Part shown: piece after piece, positions 1 through 8,593 of the stretch
Numbering within the stretch: the first letter of the stretch is position 1
Layout: each line of letters starts with the position of its first letter
NCBI GenBank assembly: GCA_047456305.1
Contig: CP179888.1
Coordinates: 573,307 to 637,306, forward strand
Source of the DNA: Candidatus Nealsonbacteria bacterium
Lineage (GTDB): Bacteria > Patescibacteriota > Minisyncoccia > Minisyncoccales > CAZKCU01
Reading direction: 5' to 3'
DNA: 64,000 nt
The notes under the pieces: model-generated
Database searches by the model: none
What the model was told of the DNA's origin: nothing
What the model saw: the letters and a program-made list of their open reading frames with translations, nothing else
Position numbers and translations under genes: made by a program

Positions 1-1
1 T

Positions 2-256
2 GAACTCTTTCTTCAAAAACTAAAGAAAAATCTTGAAGAAAAAAATATTGAATTTATTATTACCCAACCCCTGAAAAAGAAAATAATTGAATTGGGCTAT
101 AATCCAACTTTTGGAGCAAGAGAAATGAGAAGGGTTATTCAAGATAAAGTGGAGAACATTTTAGCCACTGCTCTTTTGTCAGGTCAATTAAAAAAAGGAG
201 ATAAAGTTGAAATTGTGCCAAAAGCTAAGCAATTTAAATTAATATTAAAATCTTAA
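2..256 (+). CDS. Clp/Hsp100-family AAA+ ATPase, C-terminal fragment (5' end outside window)
   Basis: Open frame from window edge to TAA at 254-256. Translation ...GYNPTFGAREMRRVIQDKVENILATALLSG... resembles the conserved ClpA/B/C C-terminal small domain. Confidence 0.7.
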   Translation, partial: ELFLQKLKKNLEEKNIEFIITQPLKKKIIELGYNPTFGAREMRRVIQDKVENILATALLSGQLKKGDKVEIVPKAKQFKLILKS

Positions 257-290
257 TATAGTCAACAATTCATTACCAAGGATAATTGAG

Positions 291-342
291 AGCAATTTGT
301 TCGCCTTTGGCGAAGAAATCTTCAGTAAAGCTGAACATTTTA
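291..342. repeat. Dispersed 52-nt repeat (AGCAATTTGTTCGCCYTTGGCGAAGAAATCT...AGCTGAACATTTTA), intergenic copy
   Basis: About 88% identical to 4688-4739 inside rsmH. Contains hairpin TTCGCC-ytt-GGCGAA. Confidence 0.8.
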
Positions 343-349
343 ATAAAAT

Positions 350-371
350 AGAGGTTTAAAAACCTCTTTTT
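350..371 (+). terminator. Rho-independent terminator after clp-like gene
   Basis: AGAGGTT-taaa-AACCTCT stem-loop followed by TTTT. Confidence 0.6.
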
Positions 372-472
372 AATTGTTGACTTTTTCTAAAAATTGTGAT
401 ATGGTCTAAAGAGGTAAGTCGATGAAAAAATTTCATCTCTATCTTCGTTTTTACTGTGTAAAAACTCGATAA

Positions 473-1471
473 ATGACTAAAAGAATAATGTTAAAACTTA
501 AATTAATATTTATTCCCTGTCTAGAGAATAGTTATAGACCGAAGTTTTTAGAAAGTAAATTTTTATTTTACTATCTCTTATTTTTACTTATTTTAAAGTT
601 CATTACTGTTTCTTATTTAATCTACCTTCCCAAAACCATTTTTTTTGCTGACCTCAGCAGCACTTCTTTGATTAAATTGACCAATCAAAAAAGAGAGGCA
701 TTAGGTTTTGGCCCTTTAACAGAAAATTCCCAATTAAATAACGCCGCTTTTCTAAAGGCTCAAGATATGATAGCTCAGGATTATTTTGCTCATCAAAGTC
801 CAGAGGGAAAGTCACCTTGGTATTGGATAAAATCAGCAAATTACGATTATCAATATGCCGGAGAGAATTTAGCTATAGGATTTTTAGACTCAGAAGAAGT
901 TTATCAGGCCTGGAATAATTCTCCTTCTCACAAAGCTAATCTTTTTAATCCAAATTATCAAGATACTGGAATTACAGTGCTTAAAGGAGATTTTCAGGGC
1001 AATGAAACCTATGTTGTGGTTCAATTGTTTGGTTCTCCTAAAATAAAACCGACCCCAAAAGAACAAGCGACTGAGATTGAGAAAAAAATAATTCAAGAAA
1101 AACCAACAATAGAGATTGAACAGGAAATTGCTTCTGAGGAGGCAGTTGATAAGTTAGAGGAGCCTTTAGCTGAAGGCTATGTTTCTTCCGCTGAAAACAT
1201 AGAAACAGAAAATGAATTTAAAAATAGTTTTAGGTTTAATTTTTTTCAATTCTTATCTTCAGATTATAACAATATAGTTCAAAAGATTATATTTTATTCA
1301 TTACTCTTCATTACCCTTTCTCTAATTTTGAATATTTTTGTTGAATTTAATATTCAACACAAAGACCTGATTCTAAAAACACTTTTCTTTGTTACTTTGT
1401 TAACTTTATTTATCATTTTTGATAAAGAATTAATAATTCGAATTTTGCCCCATAATTTCAATATTTATTGA
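473..1471 (+). CDS. CAP/SCP (YkwD-like) domain membrane-anchored protein
   Basis: ORF track. NNAAFLKAQDMIAQDYFAHQSPEG...YAGENLA...WNNSPSHKANL matches CAP-domain signatures. Hydrophobic N- and C-terminal segments. Confidence 0.7.
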   Translation: MTKRIMLKLKLIFIPCLENSYRPKFLESKFLFYYLLFLLILKFITVSYLIYLPKTIFFADLSSTSLIKLTNQKREALGFGPLTENSQLNNAAFLKAQDMIAQDYFAHQSPEGKSPWYWIKSANYDYQYAGENLAIGFLDSEEVYQAWNNSPSHKANLFNPNYQDTGITVLKGDFQGNETYVVVQLFGSPKIKPTPKEQATEIEKKIIQEKPTIEIEQEIASEEAVDKLEEPLAEGYVSSAENIETENEFKNSFRFNFFQFLSSDYNNIVQKIIFYSLLFITLSLILNIFVEFNIQHKDLILKTLFFVTLLTLFIIFDKELIIRILPHNFNIY

Positions 1472-2175
1472 GGCATTTTGATTTCCTTATGTTAGAAGTT
1501 AAAAACAAAAAATTAAAGATGTTTTTAAAAGAAATAAAGGAAAAAAGTAAGAAGCTTTGGAAGTTTTTTATTTTATTGTTTTTAGTGAACTTCATAATTA
1601 TAAATTGGTCAGATATTTCTTGGATTTTTAATTATAAGGTTGTTTATCGAGGATTATCTAATTTTTTTGAAACGGTAGAAACACGAAAGGAAACAAAAAA
1701 CTCTAATTATTTTGATAGAGAAGATAGTATTGAGATTCCCAAAATTGGAATAGAAGCTCCTATTATTTTTGCTAAAAATAATAGCGAAAAAGAATTTGAA
1801 AAAGCTTTAAAAAAAGGAGTTTTGCATTATCCCCAATCTGGTTTACCAGGAGAAGAAGGGACAACAATCATTCTGGGCCATAGCGCTCCTCCTAACTGGC
1901 CAAAAATAGATTATGATTGGATTTTTAATAATTTAAACGAATTAAATACTGGAGATGAGATTTATATCTATTTTAATCAAAGTCGATATATTTATAGGGT
2001 TACTGAAGAATTTTTTCTCAATCCCGGCCAAGATATTCCTTCCGTCCAAGGCGAGGCTCGCTTGGACGGACAGCAAGGTTTGACAAATTCTAAATACGTG
2101 TTAAACTTAGTAAGTTGTTGGCCTCCAGGGAAAGATCAAAAAAGAATTGCCGTGAGGGCAGAATTAGCGAACTAA
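1468..2175 (+). CDS. Sortase-family transpeptidase
   Basis: N-terminal TM, then TIILGHS (His), LVSCWPPG (Cys) and RIAVRAEL (Arg) in sortase order. Start uncertain (TTG 1468, ATG 1489 or 1516). Confidence 0.7.
   Translation: MRHFDFLMLEVKNKKLKMFLKEIKEKSKKLWKFFILLFLVNFIIINWSDISWIFNYKVVYRGLSNFFETVETRKETKNSNYFDREDSIEIPKIGIEAPIIFAKNNSEKEFEKALKKGVLHYPQSGLPGEEGTTIILGHSAPPNWPKIDYDWIFNNLNELNTGDEIYIYFNQSRYIYRVTEEFFLNPGQDIPSVQGEARLDGQQGLTNSKYVLNLVSCWPPGKDQKRIAVRAELAN
2041..2070. repeat. GC-rich palindromic insert, in-frame in sortase
   Basis: TCCGTCCAAG-gcgaggctcg-CTTGGACGGA, a 10-bp perfect stem. Encodes part of PSVQGEARLDGQ in an otherwise AT-rich gene. Confidence 0.7.
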
Positions 2176-2191
2176 CAATTTCTAAAAAACT

Positions 2192-3838
2192 ATGTTTTTA
2201 AGCTTACCTAAACTTAAGATCTTAAAAAAAACCAATATTTTTTGGATAATTTTTTTATCGATTATTTTTTTATTTGCTATTGGATATCAAATTAAAGCAG
2301 TTTCAGGAATGACTCATCTTCGTCATGATGGCAGAGAAGTTCATATTGGCGCAGGCGATAATATTCAAAGTTATAGCTGGACTCGGCCCTCTGACGCAAC
2401 CTATGTGGTTGTTAATGTCTACTGGAAATGGAAGGGCAGAAAATGTCAGTTTCAGAGCAATGAAACTCACAGAGTAGAAACTCCTCTTGGTTCAGTTGAC
2501 TGTCGTGATTTTGGTAATGAGGAACTGTTATTTGGCAGTATTTCTTGTCCGACAAGCGATAAAGCGATTTATAGTGGACCGGAAAGATTATGCGGTACTC
2601 TTCAGGGAAATTTCTCTGGCAGTAGTTTTAATGTAACCGTCAGGGCTGTCGGTGGTGGTTCTCATTTCTCGGTAGTTAGAGCCGATTGGTATAAACCTGC
2701 TCCTACAATTACCTGCTGGTCTTGTAATACAAGCAGCTATACCTGTTCTTTCCACACCTATACTGGCACCAGCTGTCCTTCAGGAACCTATTCAAGCCTT
2801 TCTTCTTGCCAGAATGTTTGCCAACAACCTACAATTACCTGCTGGTCTTGTAATACATATAATCATACCTGTTCTTCCCAGAGTTATACTGGCACTTACT
2901 GTCCTTCAGGAACCTATTCAAGCTCTTCTTCCTGCCAGAATGCCTGTCAACAATCTACAATTACCTGCTGGTCTTGTAATACATATAATCATACCTGTTC
3001 TTCCCAGAGTTATTCTGGCTATTACTGCCCTTCAGGAACCTATTCAAGCCGTTCCTCTTGCGAGGATGTCTGTGAAGAGCCTCAAATTAAATGTTGGTAT
3101 TGTAGCAACGATAACTGTTACTCCCGGACCTATTCTGGCTATTACTGCCCTTCAGGAACCTATTCAAGCCGTTCCTCTTGCGAGGATGTCTGTGAAATCC
3201 CGCCTTCTCCGGTATTAAATGTTTCAAAAACTGTCCGAAATATTACTGATAATACTACTTTTCAGAATTCAGTATCAGCTGATCCTTTAGAGAGATTAGA
3301 ATTTAAGATAAGAGTTAGCTCTACTGGAAGCACCAGGGTTCAAAGTGTAACAGTAAAAGACAGTTTGCCTTTACATATAACATATCAGAATAATTTAAAG
3401 ATTAATGGGATATCTTCTAGCGGCAATATTTTGACAGGATTAAATTTAGGAACAGTATATCCTGGTCAGTCAAAGATAATCATTTTTGAGGCCAAAGTTG
3501 CTTCAGAAAACCAATTTATTTATGGAACAACTACTTTAACAAATACAGCTATAGCTTATAGTGCAAATAGCGAGGATACCGATACAGCCAAAGTTATTGT
3601 TACTAGAAAAGCTGTAGCCGGGGCTGTTACCGAGGTAAAAACAGGTATTGTTAGTCGGGCTTTAGATTATGTTCTGTTTCCTTTGATAATGACTTTTATA
3701 ATAATCTTGGTTTTCAAAAATTACCTCATCTTTTTAAATGAATGGTTAGAAAAAGGAAAAAATAGAATGATTGAGCATCGAGCAAATAGAAGCTTAAGAA
3801 AAATTATTTCTCGTATTAAAACCAGAGAGAGATTTTAA
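2192..3838 (+). CDS. Secreted Cys-rich-repeat surface protein with C-terminal TM anchor (possible sortase substrate)
   Basis: N-terminal signal/TM, four CWSCN...CPSGTYSS...C repeats, a beta-rich DUF11-like region, then EVKTG + hydrophobic helix + basic tail. Confidence 0.75.
   Translation: MFLSLPKLKILKKTNIFWIIFLSIIFLFAIGYQIKAVSGMTHLRHDGREVHIGAGDNIQSYSWTRPSDATYVVVNVYWKWKGRKCQFQSNETHRVETPLGSVDCRDFGNEELLFGSISCPTSDKAIYSGPERLCGTLQGNFSGSSFNVTVRAVGGGSHFSVVRADWYKPAPTITCWSCNTSSYTCSFHTYTGTSCPSGTYSSLSSCQNVCQQPTITCWSCNTYNHTCSSQSYTGTYCPSGTYSSSSSCQNACQQSTITCWSCNTYNHTCSSQSYSGYYCPSGTYSSRSSCEDVCEEPQIKCWYCSNDNCYSRTYSGYYCPSGTYSSRSSCEDVCEIPPSPVLNVSKTVRNITDNTTFQNSVSADPLERLEFKIRVSSTGSTRVQSVTVKDSLPLHITYQNNLKINGISSSGNILTGLNLGTVYPGQSKIIIFEAKVASENQFIYGTTTLTNTAIAYSANSEDTDTAKVIVTRKAVAGAVTEVKTGIVSRALDYVLFPLIMTFIIILVFKNYLIFLNEWLEKGKNRMIEHRANRSLRKIISRIKTRERF
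2702..3199 (+). repeat. Tandem coding repeat, 4 units (126,126,126,120 nt)
   Basis: Units start at 2702, 2828, 2954 and 3080. 3010-3076 and 3130-3196 are an identical 67-nt stretch. Confidence 0.9.
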
Positions 3839-3872
3839 AAAGAGAGGGCTTTAAAAATTTAAGAAATTAAAA

Positions 3873-3915
3873 AACCTAAAATCGCCTTTTATAAGGCGAT
3901 TTTAGGTTTTCTTTT
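3873..3915 (+). terminator. Rho-independent terminator
   Basis: AACCTAAAATCGCC-ttttataa-GGCGATTTTAGGTT followed by T-rich tract. Confidence 0.8.
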
Positions 3916-3923
3916 AAGCTACC

Positions 3924-4105
3924 TGTGGACGTCACTCACCCGCTACCCTTCAATATTGTGGATATCCTGTGGAAAAAAATGGTTTTCTATCTTATTTTTA
4001 AGGTATTTTAATTTAGGTTGACTTAGGACTATGAAGTGGAATATAGTAAAGGTGAAAGGGTAGATTGTGGATAAAGGTGGGATAAAGGCCTGAATCTGTG
4101 GATAA
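3924..4105 (+). promoter_or_regulatory. Array of seven same-orientation TGTGGA(T/C)A-type boxes upstream of mraZ (MraZ operator or DnaA-box cluster)
   Basis: Boxes at 3924, 3957, 3968, 4035, 4066, 4077 and 4097. Those at 4066-4074 and 4097-4105 are exactly TGTGGATAA. Spacings are multiples of about 10.5-11 nt. Confidence 0.5.
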
Positions 4106-4144
4106 CTTTAAGTATTTAGAAAATAATACTTTTAATAAATTAGC

Positions 4145-4576
4145 ATGTTCATAGGAGAATATAGACATACCATTGATATTAAAAAAAGACTGGCTCTTCC
4201 TGCCAAATTCCGAAAGGAACTGGGCAAGACTATAATAATTACCCGCGGCTTGGATAATTGTTTAGTTGTTTATACTTTAAAAGAATGGAAGGTGATGTCT
4301 GATAAGTTAGGGAAGTTGCCAGCCAGTCAGCTTGAGGCTCGAGGTTTCGCTAGAATTATGTTGGCCGGAGCTATGGCAGTAGAACTCGATAGACTGGGCC
4401 GAATTCTTATTCCGGAGTATTTAAAAATTTATGCTAATTTAAAAAAGAATGTAGTAATTTGCGGTCTTTATAATCGATTGGAAATTTGGGATGGTCGAAA
4501 TTGGGAAATCTATAAGAAAAAGGTGGAAAAAGAAGTAGGTGATTTCGCAGCTAAATTGGGAGAGCTCGGAATCTAA
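4145..4576 (+). CDS. mraZ: Transcriptional regulator MraZ
   Basis: MFIGEYRHTIDIKKRLALPAKFR... and second half-repeat DRLGRILIP; first gene of the dcw order. Confidence 0.9.
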   Translation: MFIGEYRHTIDIKKRLALPAKFRKELGKTIIITRGLDNCLVVYTLKEWKVMSDKLGKLPASQLEARGFARIMLAGAMAVELDRLGRILIPEYLKIYANLKKNVVICGLYNRLEIWDGRNWEIYKKKVEKEVGDFAAKLGELGI

Positions 4577-4583
4577 TTTGAGA

Positions 4584-5603
4584 ATGATTCATATCCCGGT
4601 TTTACAAAAAGAAGTGCTCAAATATCTTGATCCTAAACCTAATCAGAATTTTATTGATTGTACAATTGGTGAAGCCGGCCATACTTTAGCAATTTGTTCG
4701 CCCTTGGCGAAGAAATCTCTAGCTGAGCTGAACATTTTAGAAAAAATACTGCCTCATGGAAAAGTACTTGGTATTGATTGGAGTTCCGAACTAATAAAAA
4801 GTTTAGAGTTTAAAGTTAAAAGTTTAAAGTTGAGTCGGAGACTCATCCTTGTTTGTGATAATTTTGCCAATTTAAAAGAGATTGTTGAAAGAGAGAAATT
4901 TAGGCCGATTCAAGGAATTCTATTTGACTTAGGAATGTCAAGCTGGCATTTAGAAAAGTCAGGCAGAGGATTCAGTTTTTTGAGAAAAGAGCCTCTAGAT
5001 ATGAGATACAATTCTCAGAATGCTTTAACGGCAGAAAAAATAGTGAATTATTGGTCAGAGTCAGAGATAGAAAAAATTCTAAGAGAATACGGAGAAGAGA
5101 GGTTTTCCGGGAAAATTGCCAAGGAAATTGTTAAGGAGAGAAAAGCAAAGCCAATCAAAAACACATCTCAGTTGATAGAACTTTTGAAAAGAGCAATTCC
5201 TTTCAGATATCAGCATCGGAAAATCCATTTTGCAACTAAAACCTTTCAGGCCCTAAGGATTGCCGTAAATGAAGAATTGAAAAATCTAAAAGAAGTTTTA
5301 CCTCAAGCTTTAGAGATTTTAAAGCCAGGGGGGAGAATAGTTGTAATCTCTTTCCATTCTTTAGAAGACAGAATCGTCAAAAATTTCTTTAGAAACCGAG
5401 CTTCCGGAGGAAGCGAATCGAAGAACATTCGTTCTTCTCTACCCTTCGCTGCGGCTCGGGTAGATGAAGAAGAGGACAAAGTCCTCTTCGCCAATCAAAG
5501 ATTTAAAATTTTAACTAAAAAACCAATCAGACCAAAAGAAGAAGAAATTAAAATTAATCCTCGTTCAAGGTCGGCAAAGTTAAGAGCAATATTAAAAACA
5601 TAG
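4584..5603 (+). CDS. rsmH: 16S rRNA (cytosine1402-N4)-methyltransferase RsmH, with in-frame repeat insertions
   Basis: MIHIPVLQKEVL, DCTIGEAGH, FDLGMSS, FHSLEDRIVK. ATG 4584 is preferred over the 4539 ORF-track start. Confidence 0.9.
   Translation: MIHIPVLQKEVLKYLDPKPNQNFIDCTIGEAGHTLAICSPLAKKSLAELNILEKILPHGKVLGIDWSSELIKSLEFKVKSLKLSRRLILVCDNFANLKEIVEREKFRPIQGILFDLGMSSWHLEKSGRGFSFLRKEPLDMRYNSQNALTAEKIVNYWSESEIEKILREYGEERFSGKIAKEIVKERKAKPIKNTSQLIELLKRAIPFRYQHRKIHFATKTFQALRIAVNEELKNLKEVLPQALEILKPGGRIVVISFHSLEDRIVKNFFRNRASGGSESKNIRSSLPFAAARVDEEEDKVLFANQRFKILTKKPIRPKEEEIKINPRSRSAKLRAILKT
4688..4739. repeat. Dispersed 52-nt repeat, in-frame copy inside rsmH
   Basis: Matches 291-342. Encodes ...AICSPLAKKSLAELNIL..., inserted after the GH motif. 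Confidence 0.8.
5396..5492 (-). repeat. Two tandem GC-rich palindromic elements (GGCGAAGAGGAC...CGGCTCGG family), in-frame in rsmH
   Basis: The reverse complement matches 55195-55243 and 56641-56690. Encodes RASGGSESKNIRSSLPFAAARVDEEEDKVLFA. Confidence 0.8.
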
Positions 5604-5608
5604 ATACA

Positions 5609-5956
5609 ATGAACAGTTATTCTTTAACTCAATCTATTTCACAAAGGTTAATAGTTTTACCAAAATTACCAAAAATTGGTTTAAAAGCTTTTTGGATTTT
5701 GAGTTTCATTTCAATAATATCGCTTTTAATATTTTATATTTTTCAGGTTAATGCGATGATTGGAGAGACTTATCTGATTCAAAATTATCAAAGAAAAATA
5801 AAGGAGTTGTCTCAAGAAAATAAAACCCTGGAGATTAATTTTTCTCAGGCAAATTCCTTATCTACTATTGAGACTTTAGTAAAAAATCTAAATTTTGAAA
5901 AAGTAGAACGAATTCATTATATTCAGGTTTTGGAAAGCCAGGTTGTTACAAAGTAG
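5609..5956 (+). CDS. FtsL/DivIC-like cell-division protein
   Basis: Single TM followed by a coiled-coil segment (QRKIKELSQENKTLE). Occupies the position between rsmH and ftsI. Confidence 0.5.
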   Translation: MNSYSLTQSISQRLIVLPKLPKIGLKAFWILSFISIISLLIFYIFQVNAMIGETYLIQNYQRKIKELSQENKTLEINFSQANSLSTIETLVKNLNFEKVERIHYIQVLESQVVTK

Positions 5957-5984
5957 ATAGAGAAACCTTAATCTCTTTTGTTTA

Positions 5985-7679
5985 ATGAAAAGGGGAAGGA
6001 TAAATCTAATTTTAATTTTAATAATATTATTTGGAGTAGCTATTATAGGGAGGCTTTTTTTTATTCAGATACTCCATTGTGAATATTGGAAGGCTTTAGC
6101 TCAAGGTCAGCAAAAATTTTTTGCCCAAATTCAAGGAAATAGAGGAGAAATTTTTTTACAGAATAAAGAAGGAAATTTATACACCTTAGCCTTAAATAAA
6201 AATTGGGAATTGGTTTATATTTCTCCAGAAGAAATTACTACCAAAGGAGAGGATTCAATAGAAACAGCCAAAGCCCTGAGCCGCATATTGAATTTAGATG
6301 AAGACTTAATTTTAGAAAAAATTAAAAAATCAGGCAGTCTCTATGAATTAATAAAAAATAAATTAACTCAGGAAGAGATAGACCTCTTAAAAAAATTAAA
6401 TTTACCAGGAGTTTATTTAGGCTCAGAGACCTTAAGATATTATCCTCAAGAAACTCTGGCTTCTCATTTAGTTGGATTTTTAGGGGGAGATAACATTGGA
6501 CAATACGGGGTAGAAGGGTATTACAATGATATTCTTAAGGGATCAGAAGGATTTCAAGAGGGAGAAAAGGGTGCTCAAGGGTATTTAGTCAAAATGACCT
6601 CAGGCGTTGTTAAAGGAGGTACTGACCTTATTTTAACTTTTGATTACAATATCCAATTTATGGCTGAAAAGCTATTAAGAGAAGCTAAAGAAAATTTAGA
6701 TATTGAGGGGGGTCAAATTATAGTCGGAGACCCTAATTCAGGAAAAATTTTGGCTCTGGCTAATTTTCCGAATTTTAATCCCAATCAGTATTGGAAAGAA
6801 TCTAATTTAGAAATTTTCCAAAATGGGGCAAGCCAAAAGCTTTTTGAACCGGGTTCGGTGTTTAAACCCATTACCATGGCTGCAGCTTTAGACCAGGGAG
6901 TAATAACTCCTCAGACTACCTATATTGATCCGGGGATAATCGAAATCGGAGGTTGGTCTATTTATAATTATGACGAAAGAGTCTGGGGCGAAAGAACTAT
7001 GACTGAAGTTTTGGAAAAATCAATTAACACCGGGGCAGTCTTTGCCGGGAGGCAAATTGCTCACCAGACTTTCTTAGATTATATTGAAAAATTCGGGTTT
7101 TTTGAGCCAACCGGAATTGATTTACAAGGGGAGGTCTTTTCTACGAATTCAAATTTAAAAAAGGGCTATGAAGTAAATTTCGCCACAGCTTCTTTTGGAC
7201 AAGGGATTGAGATGACTCCGCTACAATTATTCAGAGCAATTTGTGCTATTGCTAATGGAGGAAAATTAATTAAACCTTATGTCTTAGAAAATCCTGGTCC
7301 TAATTTAGATGAAATAAAAGGAAAGCAGATAATTTCGCAAAAAACAGCCACTCAATTAACAGCGATGTTGGTTTCAGTGATAGAGAATGGTTTTGGGAAA
7401 TCGGCTAAGATTCCCGGATATTATATTGCTGGTAAAACCGGAACTGCCCAGATATCTTTTTCAGCTTTAGAAATTGATAAATCGGGTTATTCTGAAAAAA
7501 CTATTCAAACTTTTGCTGGATTTGTTCCGGCTTTTAATCCCCGGTTTTTGATTTTGATAAAATTAGATAATCCAAAGGCCAGGACAGCTGAATATTCGGC
7601 TACCCCAATATTTCGAGAACTTGCTAAATACATTATAGATTACTATCAGATTCCCCCTGATTATGATTATGAAGAATAA
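5985..7679 (+). CDS. ftsI: Class B penicillin-binding protein (FtsI/PBP2-type transpeptidase)
   Basis: N-terminal TM; SVFKP (SxxK), SIN (SxN), KTGTA (KTG); dcw context. Confidence 0.85.
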   Translation: MKRGRINLILILIILFGVAIIGRLFFIQILHCEYWKALAQGQQKFFAQIQGNRGEIFLQNKEGNLYTLALNKNWELVYISPEEITTKGEDSIETAKALSRILNLDEDLILEKIKKSGSLYELIKNKLTQEEIDLLKKLNLPGVYLGSETLRYYPQETLASHLVGFLGGDNIGQYGVEGYYNDILKGSEGFQEGEKGAQGYLVKMTSGVVKGGTDLILTFDYNIQFMAEKLLREAKENLDIEGGQIIVGDPNSGKILALANFPNFNPNQYWKESNLEIFQNGASQKLFEPGSVFKPITMAAALDQGVITPQTTYIDPGIIEIGGWSIYNYDERVWGERTMTEVLEKSINTGAVFAGRQIAHQTFLDYIEKFGFFEPTGIDLQGEVFSTNSNLKKGYEVNFATASFGQGIEMTPLQLFRAICAIANGGKLIKPYVLENPGPNLDEIKGKQIISQKTATQLTAMLVSVIENGFGKSAKIPGYYIAGKTGTAQISFSALEIDKSGYSEKTIQTFAGFVPAFNPRFLILIKLDNPKARTAEYSATPIFRELAKYIIDYYQIPPDYDYEE

Positions 7680-7716
7680 ATTGTGAAAAGTTCAAAGATG
7701 GACTTTTAACTAAATT

Positions 7717-8436
7717 ATGTTTAATTTTTTATCTAAACTTATCTTTTTCTGGAAAAAGCCAAAAATTATAATTATTACTGGTCAAGGAAAAGATTGTGCC
7801 GCTAAAGCTATTTTTCAGGTTTTAAGACAGCATTTTAAAATCGGGAGATTAACGAATTTTCCCCATTCCTTGAATTTTGGGCAAATTTTAAGTAAAGAAA
7901 TTCTAATTTTTGAGCCAAAAATAGAAAAGGCAGAAAATTTTAAATTTTTGATTAAGACATCTCAGCTGCCAATTTTGCTTGTGACCCATATTGGAGATAT
8001 TCCTTTTGATAAAGATTTCTTTGCCGGTGATAAGGAAAAAACCAAAGAAATTCGAAAATTAGCAAGAATTTTACCTTCCCAAGGTTATTTAATTTTAAAT
8101 TTTGATGACGAAACAGTCAGAGAAATCAAAGACGAGACTAATTTAAAAGACTACAACCCGCCTACCATCCTCCCGCCAAGGCGGGCCCCTATAACCTTTG
8201 GCTTTCAAGAAAGAGCTGATTTTAGAGCCTCAGATATAAGGTTAAACAATGGAACGAATTTTAAAATAAACTATAAAGGAAATATTGTTCCAATTTGGCT
8301 AGAGAAACTTTTTGGCAAAGAGCAAATTTACGCCAGTCTATCTGCTATAAGTATAGGAGTAATATTCGATTTAAATTTGGTTGAAATTTCCCAGTTATTA
8401 AAAAATTATCAGGGAATTGCTGGCAATAAGGAATGA
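7717..8436 (+). CDS. Degenerate Mur-ligase-like protein (MurF-type central domain only)
   Basis: 239 aa. ITGQGKDCA replaces the TGxNGKT P-loop. LVTHIGD and LILNFDDE resemble MurF motifs. No N- or C-terminal domains. Confidence 0.5.
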   Translation: MFNFLSKLIFFWKKPKIIIITGQGKDCAAKAIFQVLRQHFKIGRLTNFPHSLNFGQILSKEILIFEPKIEKAENFKFLIKTSQLPILLVTHIGDIPFDKDFFAGDKEKTKEIRKLARILPSQGYLILNFDDETVREIKDETNLKDYNPPTILPPRRAPITFGFQERADFRASDIRLNNGTNFKINYKGNIVPIWLEKLFGKEQIYASLSAISIGVIFDLNLVEISQLLKNYQGIAGNKE

Positions 8437-8517
8437 TGCTTGCCCGCCCAAATTTTCGGAAGGAAAACTTAGGAGGGCTTGAAAATATTTTTCAATTTGA
8501 TACAATTAATAAAGCAG

Positions 8518-8542
8518 AGAAAGGAGGTAAATAGTTCTTTTT
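8518..8542 (+). repeat. 25-bp perfect direct repeat, copy 1 (AGAAAGGAGGTAAATAGTTCTTTTT)
   Basis: Identical to 8804-8828. Confidence 0.9.
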
Positions 8543-8593
8543 CAATTTCAATTCTTTGAATCTTTTTAGAATCAACGAAAGGAGAAAGGAGAA

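Larger units (their letters stand above)
261..381. repeat. MITE-like unit bounded by 10-bp inverted repeats GTCAACAATT / AATTGTTGAC
   Basis: Inverted repeats at 261-270 and 372-381 enclose the 52-nt dispersed repeat (291-342) and a terminator hairpin. Confidence 0.35.

Noticed and set aside
2814-3218. 134-aa ORF overlapping the Cys-rich repeats in another frame
   Set aside because: An alternative-frame reading of the tandem repeat inside the 548-aa gene. Its periodic sequence mirrors the repeat, and it has no start context.
5303-5494. 63-aa minus-strand ORF inside rsmH
   Set aside because: Generated by the palindromic repeat elements, which are open on both strands. Antisense to rsmH.
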